DNA from: Bradymonadia bacterium | Lineage (GTDB): Bacteria; Myxococcota_A; Bradymonadia; UBA7976; UBA1532 | Assembly: GCA_046290225.1 (NCBI GenBank) | Contig: JBKAGE010000079.1 | Coordinates: 128,001-192,000 of the forward strand | DNA: 64,000 nt | Reading direction: 5' to 3' | Part shown: positions 40,806 through 50,174 of the stretch, in pieces | How the letters are laid out: each line of letters starts with the position of its first letter | Position numbering within the stretch: the first letter of the stretch is position 1 | Position numbers and translations under genes: made by a program | The notes under the pieces: generated by a model | Told to the model about the DNA's origin: nothing | The model's input: only the letters and a program-made list of their open reading frames with translations | Database searches by the model: none

Positions 40806-40866
40806 GAGGTGACGCCGAGGGCGTCTTGCGCCAATATGCCCCCGGGAAGACACCGGAGGAGGCGCT

Positions 40867-41784
40867 GTGAAGGTCCTGATCACCGGCATCACCAGCCCGC
40901 TCGCACGGCTGGTCACTCATCGTCTGGTGCAGCTGGGCCACGAGGTCGTGGGCATCGATCGACGGCCGTGGCCCGAGGCCCCAGCGGGGGTGCAGGTGTT
41001 CCAAGCCGACATCCGAAAGCGGTCCGCAGAAGACGTCTTCCGCTTGCAGCGGCCCGACGCGTTGATCCACATGGCCACGGTGACCTGGCTCACCGCGCGA
41101 TCAGAAGAACGCTATCGCATCAACCTGATGGGCACCCGGGCCCTCTTCGACTATTGCGCCAGCTACGGGGTCAAGCAGGCCATCTTCATCGGACGCCACA
41201 CCGTTTATGGTGCTGCCCCGGACGCGCCGCTCTATCGCACTGAAGCGGAGCCGCCCCTCGCCGCCACCACCTTCCCGAACCTCGCTGATCTCGTCGCTGC
41301 CGATCTCTTCGCGGGCTCCATCTTGTGGAGGTATCCGGAGACGACCGTGGCAGTGCTGCGCATCGTCTACATGCTCGGCGGGTCGAAGCGGGGCACCCTG
41401 GCAAACTATCTGCGCGGCCCGAGAGTGCCCACGGTCATGGGCTTCGATCCGTTGTTCCAGTTCATGCACGAAGCAGATGGCGCAGAGGCCATCGTCACCG
41501 CGCTGCAGACCAGGGCTCGGGGCGTGTTCAACGTCGCCGGCCCGCCGCCCGTGCCGCTCTCGCTCCTGTGCAAAGAGACAGGCCGGACCTCGGTGCCCAT
41601 CCCCGAGCCCGCCTTCCCCTATGTGCTCGGGCGCTTCGGCTTCCCCCGAATGCCCGCTGGCGCCGTACAACACGTGAAGTACCCGATCGTCATCGACGAT
41701 GCGCTGTTTCGAGAGACCACCGGCTTCACCCCCACCTACGACGAGGTGCAGGTGATGCAGGCCTTCAGGAGTCAGAGCCCGTGA
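40867..41784 (+). CDS. NAD-dependent epimerase/dehydratase (extended SDR)
   Basis: [32 protein letters not shown]. Confidence 0.85.
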   Translation: MKVLITGITSPLARLVTHRLVQLGHEVVGIDRRPWPEAPAGVQVFQADIRKRSAEDVFRLQRPDALIHMATVTWLTARSEERYRINLMGTRALFDYCASYGVKQAIFIGRHTVYGAAPDAPLYRTEAEPPLAATTFPNLADLVAADLFAGSILWRYPETTVAVLRIVYMLGGSKRGTLANYLRGPRVPTVMGFDPLFQFMHEADGAEAIVTALQTRARGVFNVAGPPPVPLSLLCKETGRTSVPIPEPAFPYVLGRFGFPRMPAGAVQHVKYPIVIDDALFRETTGFTPTYDEVQVMQAFRSQSP

Positions 41785-42350
41785 GCGAACAACTCGACCT
41801 TCAGCACAAGACCGCCGCCGAGCTCGAGGCGGGCCTGCCTCACATCGAGGCTTCACCCAAAGACGCAGGGGTGCTGAAGTTTCTGGTGCGCCGACCAGGG
41901 ACGAACCAGCGGGAGGTGATCACCGAGGCCGTGCTCGATGTCACCGAAGGCCTCGTGGGTGACAACTGGAAGGCCCGTGGCTCTCGCCGCACCGAGGATG
42001 GCAGCGCCCACCCCCGCATGCAGCTCAACATCATGAACGCCCGCGCGGTGGCGCTCATCGCCGGCGACACGTCCCGTTGGGCCCTCGCAGGTGACCAGCT
42101 CTACCTCGATTTGGATCTCAGCGATGAGAACCTGCCCCCGGGCACACGGCTCAGCCTCGGTGAGGCGGTGATCGAGATCACCGAGATTCCCCACAACGGT
42201 TGCAAGAAGTTCACTGAGCGATACGGTCTCGACGCCGTGAAGTTCGTCAATTCCAAGGTGGGCAAGGCCCTGCACCTGCGGGGAGTGAATGCTCGGGTGA
42301 TCGAGGGCGGTACCATCAAAGTGGGCGACGTGGCTCGAAAGATCAGCTGA
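41781..42350 (+). CDS. MOSC domain protein
   Basis: GTG start overlaps the upstream stop; [28 protein letters not shown]. Confidence 0.85.
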   Translation: MSEQLDLQHKTAAELEAGLPHIEASPKDAGVLKFLVRRPGTNQREVITEAVLDVTEGLVGDNWKARGSRRTEDGSAHPRMQLNIMNARAVALIAGDTSRWALAGDQLYLDLDLSDENLPPGTRLSLGEAVIEITEIPHNGCKKFTERYGLDAVKFVNSKVGKALHLRGVNARVIEGGTIKVGDVARKIS

Positions 42351-42352
42351 GT

Positions 42353-42853
42353 TCAGCTGCGTTGCAGCCACTCGGCGGTGAACGCCGCGGCCTTCTGGTA
42401 GCTCTCACGAAACGCCTTTTCTACGGCTTTCTCCACCACACCGCCCACCCCGAAAATCTTCACGGAGATGTCTGTCTTGCAGTGACGGTTGAGGCCCTCG
42501 TCTCCATCGGGGGTGGACCAGAACTCACCGCTCACCTTGATCTTCTCCGCGAGCTTCGAGGGGGTGAGGGCGAAGCGCCAGCGCTGATCCACCGGGTCGA
42601 AGGTGCCCTGCTCGATGTAGCTGATGCGATCACCCATGACCTTGCGGGCGGCCTTGGGCAGGTCGAGGGCCGGGATCACCCGGATGCTCCGAGAGATGGT
42701 GCCGTCAGCGGCGGTCTCCAGGGAGAGCTGTTCGAAGCCAAAGCCCAGACCCTCAGTGTAGAGGGCGGTGTTGTAGGCCTCGTCGAGGAACACTTCGCCC
42801 CAGAAGCGGGTCTCGCTCAAGGGGAAGGGGTGGGCGACGGTGAAGGTGTGCAT
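42353..42853 (-). CDS. DUF2505 / SRPBCC-like protein
   Basis: LPKAARKVMG, VKIFGVGGVVEK pattern. Confidence 0.7.
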   Translation of the reverse strand: MHTFTVAHPFPLSETRFWGEVFLDEAYNTALYTEGLGFGFEQLSLETAADGTISRSIRVIPALDLPKAARKVMGDRISYIEQGTFDPVDQRWRFALTPSKLAEKIKVSGEFWSTPDGDEGLNRHCKTDISVKIFGVGGVVEKAVEKAFRESYQKAAAFTAEWLQRS

Positions 42854-43026
42854 CGGCTGCTCCAGCGGCGAGAAAAAACGCAATCATCCTCTCCACCAGA
42901 GCCTTAGATCACAAGCTCTCGTTTGACTGAACGAATGTGCGGTGTTAGGTCATGATTGACATCGAGGTGCGTGGACGGTTTGTTGAGAGCCCTCCATCAC
43001 ACACCCAATGGGAGAGTCACAGACCC

Positions 43027-44460
43027 ATGGCTGAAGAGCGTTCATATCTCGAGCTGTCGCAAGACGAGGGCGTCGCCCACAAGTTCTACGAGGTCACGAT
43101 CAACGACACCGAAGTCACGATCCGGTACGGCCGCATCGGCGACAAGGGCACCTCGAAGACCACCAGCTACGCCGACAACGCCAAGGCCAAGGCCTTCGCT
43201 GACAAGAAGCTCCGAGAGAAGCGCCGCAAGGGCTACGAAGATGCTGTGATGGGGGTGCGCAAGAAGCGGGCGATCACCCGCCGGCAGATCGACAGCAAGC
43301 CTGCCACCACCAAGTCGAAGGCACCGCTGGTCTGGAAGTTCTCCACCGGGCGTTCGGCCTTCGGCGTCTTCGTCGACGACGAGCTGTGCTGGGTGGGCAA
43401 CGAGGCGGGCCGCATCTTCGCGCTGAACCACGAGGGCCAGGTGCAGCGTCAGTTCAAGCTGCCTGACGGGGTGAAGTGCCTCGTGGCCGACGATGAGTGG
43501 CGTTACGCCGGCTGCGATGACGGCACAGTGTACGACATCAGCGGCAAGGCCCCGCTGGCGGCCTACGACATCTCCGAAGACGTGGACATCTACTGGCTCG
43601 ACATTCGAGACGGGGTGCTCGGGGTCTCCGACGCCAAGGGCTTCGTGGTGATGATCAACCATGAAGACGAGTCCCACTGGCAGAAGAAGAGCGACGGCCG
43701 CTCTGGCTGGATGGTGCGCTGCGACGAGATCGGCGTGTACCACGGCCACAGCCTGGGCCTCACCATGTACGACTGGGAAGACGGCTCAGTGGTCTGGAGC
43801 CACCGCCTGCCCAGCGCGGTGCTCTTCGGCTGGCAGGAAGAGTCCACCATCTACGCCGCCTGCGCGAACCGTATCGTGTACCAGTACACCAAGCAGGGCC
43901 ACAAAGGTCACGAGTTCAAGTGCGACGCTGCGGTGTTCTCCTGCGCTGCTGCGGAAGACGGCAAGTATGTCTTCGCCGGTGACAACTGCTCTTCGATCTA
44001 CTGCTTCGACAGCACCGGCAAGCGCCTGTGGAAGATGGCCACAGGTTGCGGCTCTGCCTTCTCGATGCAGTTCCACAACGATCGACTCTTCGTGGTGACC
44101 ACCGACGGCTCCCTCGCCTGCTACGACGTGAGCGACGAGGCCATCAAGGGTGCAGAGTCGGGGCAGACCTTCGACGCCAAGATCATCGCCGCCCCTGCTG
44201 CCACCGCCGACGTGGCCCCCACCACCAGCGTCGACACTGTGGCCGCGAGCGCCGTGAGCAGCGGCGTCGTGGTGGAGTGCTACAAAGAGGGCAGCCGCCT
44301 GCGGGTGCGCCCCGTGGGCGATGGCTTCAACGCCGGCTGGCACGTGCAGTTCCCCAAGCACCTGCGCGAAGCGGGGGCTCGCTATGTGGTCGAGGCCCTC
44401 AAAGAGTCGAGCCGTGGTGGGTTCTACCGCGCCTCGGGCGACATCAAGAAGCTGGTCTAG
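43027..44460 (+). CDS. WGR domain plus PQQ-like beta-propeller protein (retron-associated)
   Basis: HKFYEV...RYGRIGDKG...EKRRKGY (WGR); repeated W-containing propeller blades; small C-terminal domain (WHVQFPK..R). Confidence 0.85.
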   Translation: MAEERSYLELSQDEGVAHKFYEVTINDTEVTIRYGRIGDKGTSKTTSYADNAKAKAFADKKLREKRRKGYEDAVMGVRKKRAITRRQIDSKPATTKSKAPLVWKFSTGRSAFGVFVDDELCWVGNEAGRIFALNHEGQVQRQFKLPDGVKCLVADDEWRYAGCDDGTVYDISGKAPLAAYDISEDVDIYWLDIRDGVLGVSDAKGFVVMINHEDESHWQKKSDGRSGWMVRCDEIGVYHGHSLGLTMYDWEDGSVVWSHRLPSAVLFGWQEESTIYAACANRIVYQYTKQGHKGHEFKCDAAVFSCAAAEDGKYVFAGDNCSSIYCFDSTGKRLWKMATGCGSAFSMQFHNDRLFVVTTDGSLACYDVSDEAIKGAESGQTFDAKIIAAPAATADVAPTTSVDTVAASAVSSGVVVECYKEGSRLRVRPVGDGFNAGWHVQFPKHLREAGARYVVEALKESSRGGFYRASGDIKKLV

Positions 44461-44509
44461 AGCTTACTGCTCGAGAACCATGAACGTACGCTTCAACAGG
44501 ACCTGAATC

Positions 44510-47500
44510 GTGAATTTGATCCGACAGAGCCGGCTCATCTTTCGCCGCGGCGCCTCAGAGAAGATCTACGAGATCGAACTCTGTGAGACCTCGGCCGCTC
44601 CGCCGAACCGCTATGTGGTGAACTACCGCTATGGCCGGCGTGGGGGCACCTTCAAAGAAGGCTCCAAGACCGTCACGCCGGTGAGTCGCGTCGAAGCGGA
44701 TCAAATTTTCGATCACCTCGAAGAAGCGCAGCTGCTCAAGGGCTACCAGCGTGAAGGGGCTGCAGGCGCAGCCCCCCCGCCGGCAACCTCGACGCCCTCT
44801 TCCGGAAGTGGCCTGGGCTCCCGTCTCTCTGGCCGCACACCCACACCCTCGACGACCTCAGCGGGCACCAGCGCCTCGGGTGGCACCCGGCGACGCGTGA
44901 GTGCGCCCACCTCAGCGCCAGCGGCGACAGCCTCGAGATCCCCCAGCGGAGATGCACGACGCGATCGCGTACTGGCACGCCTCGATGAGGGCGACTCGGT
45001 GGCTGGTGCCGGTGGGCGCCGTGGTGGGCTCTCCGGGCTGCGGGCCACCTTCACCCGGCATCGGAGAGGGGCGCGTCGCACCGCCACCCCCGTGGCGTGG
45101 CCTCTCGAGCGCGCCATCTGGCGGGCAGGGGAGCTGCGCCTCGTCGACGCCGTGCCGCGCCTCATCGAGCTCATCGGCACCAAAGACGCTCAGCGGGACT
45201 ACTGCATCGCCTGGGCTCTGGGTCGCATCGACGAGCGCAGCGCCCTCGGCGCCCTCAACCGCCTCTATCGAGATGTCACTGGTCACGAGATGGTGGTGCG
45301 CATGGCCGGTGAGGCGGTGAGGGCCCTGCTCGACGAGACCGAACTGCAGACGTTCCGAGAAGAAGTGGCCCGCAAGCTGCCTGATCCGCTGCGCACACAG
45401 GTGCTCCAAGGCGGCGAGGGGGCTGATGATGCCCTCGCCGAGTCTTTGGGCAACCACTTGGAGAGCAGCGGTCACAAAGCGTGGAAGGCTGTAGAGCGCC
45501 TCTACCTGATCGACAATGACACCACCCGAGCGGTGCTCAAGTCGCTCCTGCGTCAGATGCCTCTCAAAGCCCCCATGTGGCGGGCGGCGCGGCACATCTT
45601 CAAGGCCGCCGAGTTCCGCCTCGACGCCGAGATCTTCGGCCTGCTCGCCTGGCGTATGGCCACGACCCGGGCGTCTTTCAAGCGGGGCCGCTACAGCAGC
45701 TATGTGCGGGACGAAGAGACAGGGGGCTATGTCCGCCTCGACATGACCACCCTGGGCCGCCCCGACGCCAAATACGGCTACGGCAGCGACACCCGGGCCT
45801 ACATGCGTCGTCGTGTCTGGCGCACCCTGCGGCGACTCGGCGAGCTCGGAGACGAGGCCTTTGTGCCCATGGCCGTAGGTGTCTTGTTGCCGTTCTCCGA
45901 CAACGACAAGCGCACCGAGCGGACTGGGTGGAAGGGGCGTGGTCAGGCCCTCTATGGTGAGTTCGCCAGCTACTGGGCCTTCAACCATCTGCTCTACACC
46001 CACAGCGAGTCACATCACCCAGATCGCGCCAACCTGCGCTGGTGGGAGGTGATTCAGGCACCGAGTGGCCGTCGCAGCCGCTCTTCGGTGAGGTCCCGCC
46101 GTGGCAGCCTCAGCGATCGCACAGTGTCTCCGCCCCCTCAACAGGGGCGCACTGAGGCTTTCCCGGAGCTGTGGAACGACAACCCAGGAGGGTTGCTGCA
46201 TTTGCTCGACGAGAGTCGGTGCAGGCGGGTCCATCAGTTTGCCGTCGCCGCCCTGCGCGACAACACCCAGGCCCTCGAGCGCATGCCCATCGAGGCGGTG
46301 TGCATGCTCATCACCGCGCGCTACAAGGTCACCGTGGAGCTCGGCGTCGAGCTCGCCCGGGCCCGTGACGATGGCAGCGCCCCCGATCAGCGTCTGGTCA
46401 TCGCCTGTGCCCGCAGCTCGGTTCAGGCGGCGCGACAGCTGGCCTTCGACTGGATCAATCGTCACCCCGAGCACTTCACCCGTGATGGCAAGTTCCTCGC
46501 CGAGCTCATCACCAGCCAATGGGACGACACCCGCGTCTTCGCCCGAGGCTTGATTCGGGGGCTCACCCTCACCGAAGAGGCGGGCCGCACCCTCGTGGCT
46601 CGCCTAGTGGCCTCGCTCATGGCCCTCGGCAAGGGCAAGCAGAGCCACGAAGAGCAGATCGCCTCTGACGTCGCCGATTTGTTGTTCCGGGTGTTCCGAC
46701 AGCACCTCACAGGTCTCGGAGAGCAGGTCATCGCCGATCTGCTCCGACACCCGCTGCAGTCGGTGCAGGCCCTCGGCGGCGACATCCTGCTCAACCACGA
46801 CACCCTCGCGGCGAGCCCACCAGAGTCCTTGTTGCTGGCGTTGTTGCAGTCGAAACATGCCGAGGTGCGTGCTCTGGGTCTGCGCCTGATGGGTCAGCTG
46901 AGCGACGCCGCCCTCGGCGAGCGCAGCATGATCCTTGTGGCCCTCGCCACTCACAGCGAGGCCGATTTGAGAGCTGGTGCCATCGAGCATCTGAAACGGC
47001 TCGCCCAAATCGGCGATCTCGGCCAGAAGATGGCCGAATCTCTGATTCGCGCCCTCGTGGGGCAGAAGATCAGGGGCGACGGGGCAGATTACGCCGTCGA
47101 GGCGCTCCGTGAGGCCCTCAAAGGGCACTTGCCGGCGCTGCCGATGGATTCGATCTGGCGGCTGCTCAAGTCGAAAACCAAGGCTGGCCAGAGCCTCGGC
47201 GGGCTGCTGCTTGAGGCGGGCGTGAAGGCCGAGACTCTCACTGTCGACGAGATGGCCCGCCTCAGCCGCCACGAGATTCTCACGGTACGAGAGGCTGCGT
47301 GGGCCTTCTATCGCCAGAGCGTGGCGCGCATCAAAGCCGACATGGTGAGCGCAGTGCGCGTCTTCGACAGCGAGTGGGCCGACTCTCGCACCTTCGCCTT
47401 CGAGTTCTTCAGCGATGGCGACGTCTTCACCCGAGAGGCCTTCACACCGCAGATCCTGGTGGGCATCTGCGACAGCGTGCGCCCCGACGTACAGCTCTTC

Positions 47501-47950
47501 GGGCGGCGGCTCATCACTCAGTACTTCAACACCGAAGATGGCGTGGAGTACATGCTCAAGCTCGCCGAGCACCCGTCCATCGACATCCAGCTGTTCGTCA
47601 GCCAGTACCTCGAAGACTACGCTGCCGGTCACGCTGACCGCGTCGAAGCGCTCGAGCCCTACTTCGCCGGTGTGCTCGCTCGGGTGAACCGCGGAGGCGT
47701 GGCCAAGGCTCGTGTGTTCGGTTTCTTCGAGGCCCAGGCCAGCGTCAGCGCCGAGCTCGCGGCCCCCATCGCCCGGCTGCTCGCTCGACAGTCCGCCACA
47801 ATCGCCATCACTGATCGCGCCCGGTGCATCGAGATCATGACCTCGATTCAGCGCCGCTGGCCCGACATCGAGTTGCCCCTCGTGGCTCGCCCGCCAGAAG
47901 CGCGCGGTGCCATCTCCGGGCAGCCCGCGAACGCCAGCGCAGGAGCTTAA
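44510..47950 (+). CDS. WGR-like domain plus ARM/HEAT-repeat protein (retron-associated)
   Basis: SEKIYEI...YGRRG...LKGY N-terminal domain, Ser/Thr/Gly linker, long helical-repeat region (AWALGRI, WRAGEL). Confidence 0.8.
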   Translation: MNLIRQSRLIFRRGASEKIYEIELCETSAAPPNRYVVNYRYGRRGGTFKEGSKTVTPVSRVEADQIFDHLEEAQLLKGYQREGAAGAAPPPATSTPSSGSGLGSRLSGRTPTPSTTSAGTSASGGTRRRVSAPTSAPAATASRSPSGDARRDRVLARLDEGDSVAGAGGRRGGLSGLRATFTRHRRGARRTATPVAWPLERAIWRAGELRLVDAVPRLIELIGTKDAQRDYCIAWALGRIDERSALGALNRLYRDVTGHEMVVRMAGEAVRALLDETELQTFREEVARKLPDPLRTQVLQGGEGADDALAESLGNHLESSGHKAWKAVERLYLIDNDTTRAVLKSLLRQMPLKAPMWRAARHIFKAAEFRLDAEIFGLLAWRMATTRASFKRGRYSSYVRDEETGGYVRLDMTTLGRPDAKYGYGSDTRAYMRRRVWRTLRRLGELGDEAFVPMAVGVLLPFSDNDKRTERTGWKGRGQALYGEFASYWAFNHLLYTHSESHHPDRANLRWWEVIQAPSGRRSRSSVRSRRGSLSDRTVSPPPQQGRTEAFPELWNDNPGGLLHLLDESRCRRVHQFAVAALRDNTQALERMPIEAVCMLITARYKVTVELGVELARARDDGSAPDQRLVIACARSSVQAARQLAFDWINRHPEHFTRDGKFLAELITSQWDDTRVFARGLIRGLTLTEEAGRTLVARLVASLMALGKGKQSHEEQIASDVADLLFRVFRQHLTGLGEQVIADLLRHPLQSVQALGGDILLNHDTLAASPPESLLLALLQSKHAEVRALGLRLMGQLSDAALGERSMILVALATHSEADLRAGAIEHLKRLAQIGDLGQKMAESLIRALVGQKIRGDGADYAVEALREALKGHLPALPMDSIWRLLKSKTKAGQSLGGLLLEAGVKAETLTVDEMARLSRHEILTVREAAWAFYRQSVARIKADMVSAVRVFDSEWADSRTFAFEFFSDGDVFTREAFTPQILVGICDSVRPDVQLFGRRLITQYFNTEDGVEYMLKLAEHPSIDIQLFVSQYLEDYAAGHADRVEALEPYFAGVLARVNRGGVAKARVFGFFEAQASVSAELAAPIARLLARQSATIAITDRARCIEIMTSIQRRWPDIELPLVARPPEARGAISGQPANASAGA

Positions 47951-47952
47951 CG

Positions 47953-49638
47953 GTGGAGTTCACGTTCAACTATCGAGGGGCCAGCGCCGTCAACAACCGC
48001 GCCGACCGAACCGAGATGGTCTTCTCACCCGACACGCTGCGCGATCCGACCTTCTTTCGGGGAGAGCTCACCGCCAGCAGCCGTGGCGGGGGCATCCCGT
48101 TTCGAGAGGCCATCAGCGCTCTGCACGATGTCGTGGTGCAAGATGGCCGGTTCGTGCCCAAGGACAAGAGCGCCTACAAAGCCTGGGTCGCTCAGCAAGA
48201 GCAGCTCGACGTGCTCGATCTCGCCGCAGAGCGGGCCGACATCGCCGACGAGATCAAAGAGCTGCGTGACGAGCTGAGGGTGCTCGATCAGAGATCGACC
48301 CGGCGTACGTCTGAGTTCTACGCCGCTCGGCGTCGCTATTGGGATTGGCTCTACCGGCACGACTACAACGCCTGGCTCATCTTCGACCCGGTGATCACCG
48401 TGCACCCCGACGAGCTGTTCTTCGAGTGCTTCAGCGTCGACGAGTCGAGTTATGGGCGCCTCGGGGTGAACCACGACGTGTTCCAGAACCTCGGCGATAT
48501 GGCGTGCGGTACAACGAACGTCGACTACTCGCAGCAGCTGTATGACGAGTTCCAAAAGATCCGCAGCTACAAGACCACCACGTTCCAGGTCGATCCCAGC
48601 GGCTTCGAGACTCAGACTCACGACGCCACCACCTTCAGCGAGGCTCACAAAGAGGTCAAAATCGACCTGCCCGACACGTGGGTTCGGGGTTTCTTGCAGG
48701 TGAACTCGGCCATGTCGTTGCCGGCCACCACCTTCACGCTGCATCCCATGGACGTGCACAACTTCTGCTTCGTGCTGCGGCGCCACAAAGAGATCGTGGG
48801 TCCGCGGTCGATGCGTTACGTGCTCACCCCCGGACAGCCGGTAAAGGTGGTCTTCGAGCCCTGGGACTTCGAGGTGGTGTGTCCACGCTCGATCTACGAG
48901 GGCCCCGTGGCCCAGGAGATCCGGGTCTGGGGCCGCCGCCGGCTGAACGTGCTCGAGCGGCTGATCCCTGTGGCCCGTAAGTTCACCGTGCATCTGCTCG
49001 GCAGCGGCATGCCTTCGTTCTACGTGGCCGATCTCGGCGATATGTCGTTCACCCTGGGCCTCTCCGGCTGGACGACGAACGACTGGGCCGCCGCGGGGAA
49101 CTTCGATCTCATGGCCCCTCGGGCAGATGTCGACGCCGACACCAAGCGGCGTGTCTTTCAGGCCCTCAAGGCCGACTGGCTCAAGACCCCCGATGTGCTG
49201 GCACACGATCTCAACCTCGACCGTGCCACGGTGCTCGGGGCTCTGGGCGCCTGGACCCAGGCGGGACGAGCCATCTACGACCTGAACAAGGGTGTGTATC
49301 GGGCCCGAGAGCTCAGCCGGGAGCCGCTCCCGCTCGACGCGCTGCGGTTCTCCAGCCCCCGAGAAGAGTCGGCCCACACCTTCGTGAGTCAGGGCAAGGT
49401 GCGCCTCAACAACACCAGTCACGACAATCGTGGCTGGTTGCATCTGAGGGGCACTGTGAAAGACACCGCTGCTCGAGGAAGCAGCAAGCAATACATGCCG
49501 TCGATCATCATCGACACCGACGAGCGGATGAATCACGGCGAGTGCACGTGCAACTGGTACACCCAGAACAAGCTCTACAAGGGCCCGTGCGAGCACATGA
49601 TCGCTTTGCGGTTGGAGTACAACCGCAGGCGGCATTGA
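47953..49638 (+). CDS. SWIM zinc-finger protein (retron-associated)
   Basis: GTG start after AGGAG (47941-47945); C-terminal ECTCNW...GPCEH (CxC...CxH). Confidence 0.85.
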   Translation: MEFTFNYRGASAVNNRADRTEMVFSPDTLRDPTFFRGELTASSRGGGIPFREAISALHDVVVQDGRFVPKDKSAYKAWVAQQEQLDVLDLAAERADIADEIKELRDELRVLDQRSTRRTSEFYAARRRYWDWLYRHDYNAWLIFDPVITVHPDELFFECFSVDESSYGRLGVNHDVFQNLGDMACGTTNVDYSQQLYDEFQKIRSYKTTTFQVDPSGFETQTHDATTFSEAHKEVKIDLPDTWVRGFLQVNSAMSLPATTFTLHPMDVHNFCFVLRRHKEIVGPRSMRYVLTPGQPVKVVFEPWDFEVVCPRSIYEGPVAQEIRVWGRRRLNVLERLIPVARKFTVHLLGSGMPSFYVADLGDMSFTLGLSGWTTNDWAAAGNFDLMAPRADVDADTKRRVFQALKADWLKTPDVLAHDLNLDRATVLGALGAWTQAGRAIYDLNKGVYRARELSREPLPLDALRFSSPREESAHTFVSQGKVRLNNTSHDNRGWLHLRGTVKDTAARGSSKQYMPSIIIDTDERMNHGECTCNWYTQNKLYKGPCEHMIALRLEYNRRRH

Positions 49639-49679
49639 CGAGAGTTTCGATATCTAGACAAACGTGCAGCGTTTGGCGG

Positions 49680-49708
49680 TTGACAAGCTGGTTTTGATTC
49701 AATACGGT
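49680..49708 (+). promoter_or_regulatory. Sigma70-like promoter for the retron ncRNA/RT1
   Basis: TTGACA (49680-49685), a 17-bp spacer, then TACGGT (49703-49708), about 20 bp upstream of the 5' inverted-repeat arm. Confidence 0.7.
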
Positions 49709-49727
49709 CTGAACCAACGCTCTTTGA

Positions 49728-50056
49728 CAACACAACACACAACACAGGGCATCAACCTGATGCTCAGTCTAATGAATCAAATTGATTAGACTGTGCTCTC
49801 GCTGGCGTCGTGAACAGAGACCTTGCAACCCGGGCGGCGGATCGCCGTCCTTGCCACTTGCTTTGTCATGCGTCACTGGCCCGCTCTTTACTGTGGCGCC
49901 CGTCGCACTGGGGGCGACATTCCGGTATGGCTCCCGTGGAGCCAATGTCGCCCCCAGTGCGGGGCGCCTGGAGTTGAGTCGATCCAGTCCCGAGAGGAGT
50001 ACGAAGGTGATCGATGTCAGCGTTCGGGCTGATGCCTTGTGTTGTGTGTTGTGTTG
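49728..50056 (+). ncRNA. Retron msr-msd non-coding RNA
   Basis: Terminal inverted repeats 49728-49764 and 50019-50056 (outer 19 bp perfect). Short hairpins at 49765-49793 and 49832-49850; long hairpin 49895-49968 with an 18-bp perfect stem. Lies directly upstream of a retron RT. Confidence 0.85.
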
Positions 50057-50174
50057 AAGCGCGTGGCTCGCGCCCATTCGGGATGCATCGAGTCGCCCAC
50101 CGAATTGCTCAACTGCACGTTCATCGAGAATCCTCCTCCACCGCACTGCGGGGGAAGGTTGCGGCAGGCAGATC

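Noticed and set aside
42923..42985. Sigma70 promoter for the WGR operon (TTGACT at 42923, TTGACA at 42956)
   Set aside because: No convincing -10 element at the correct spacing.
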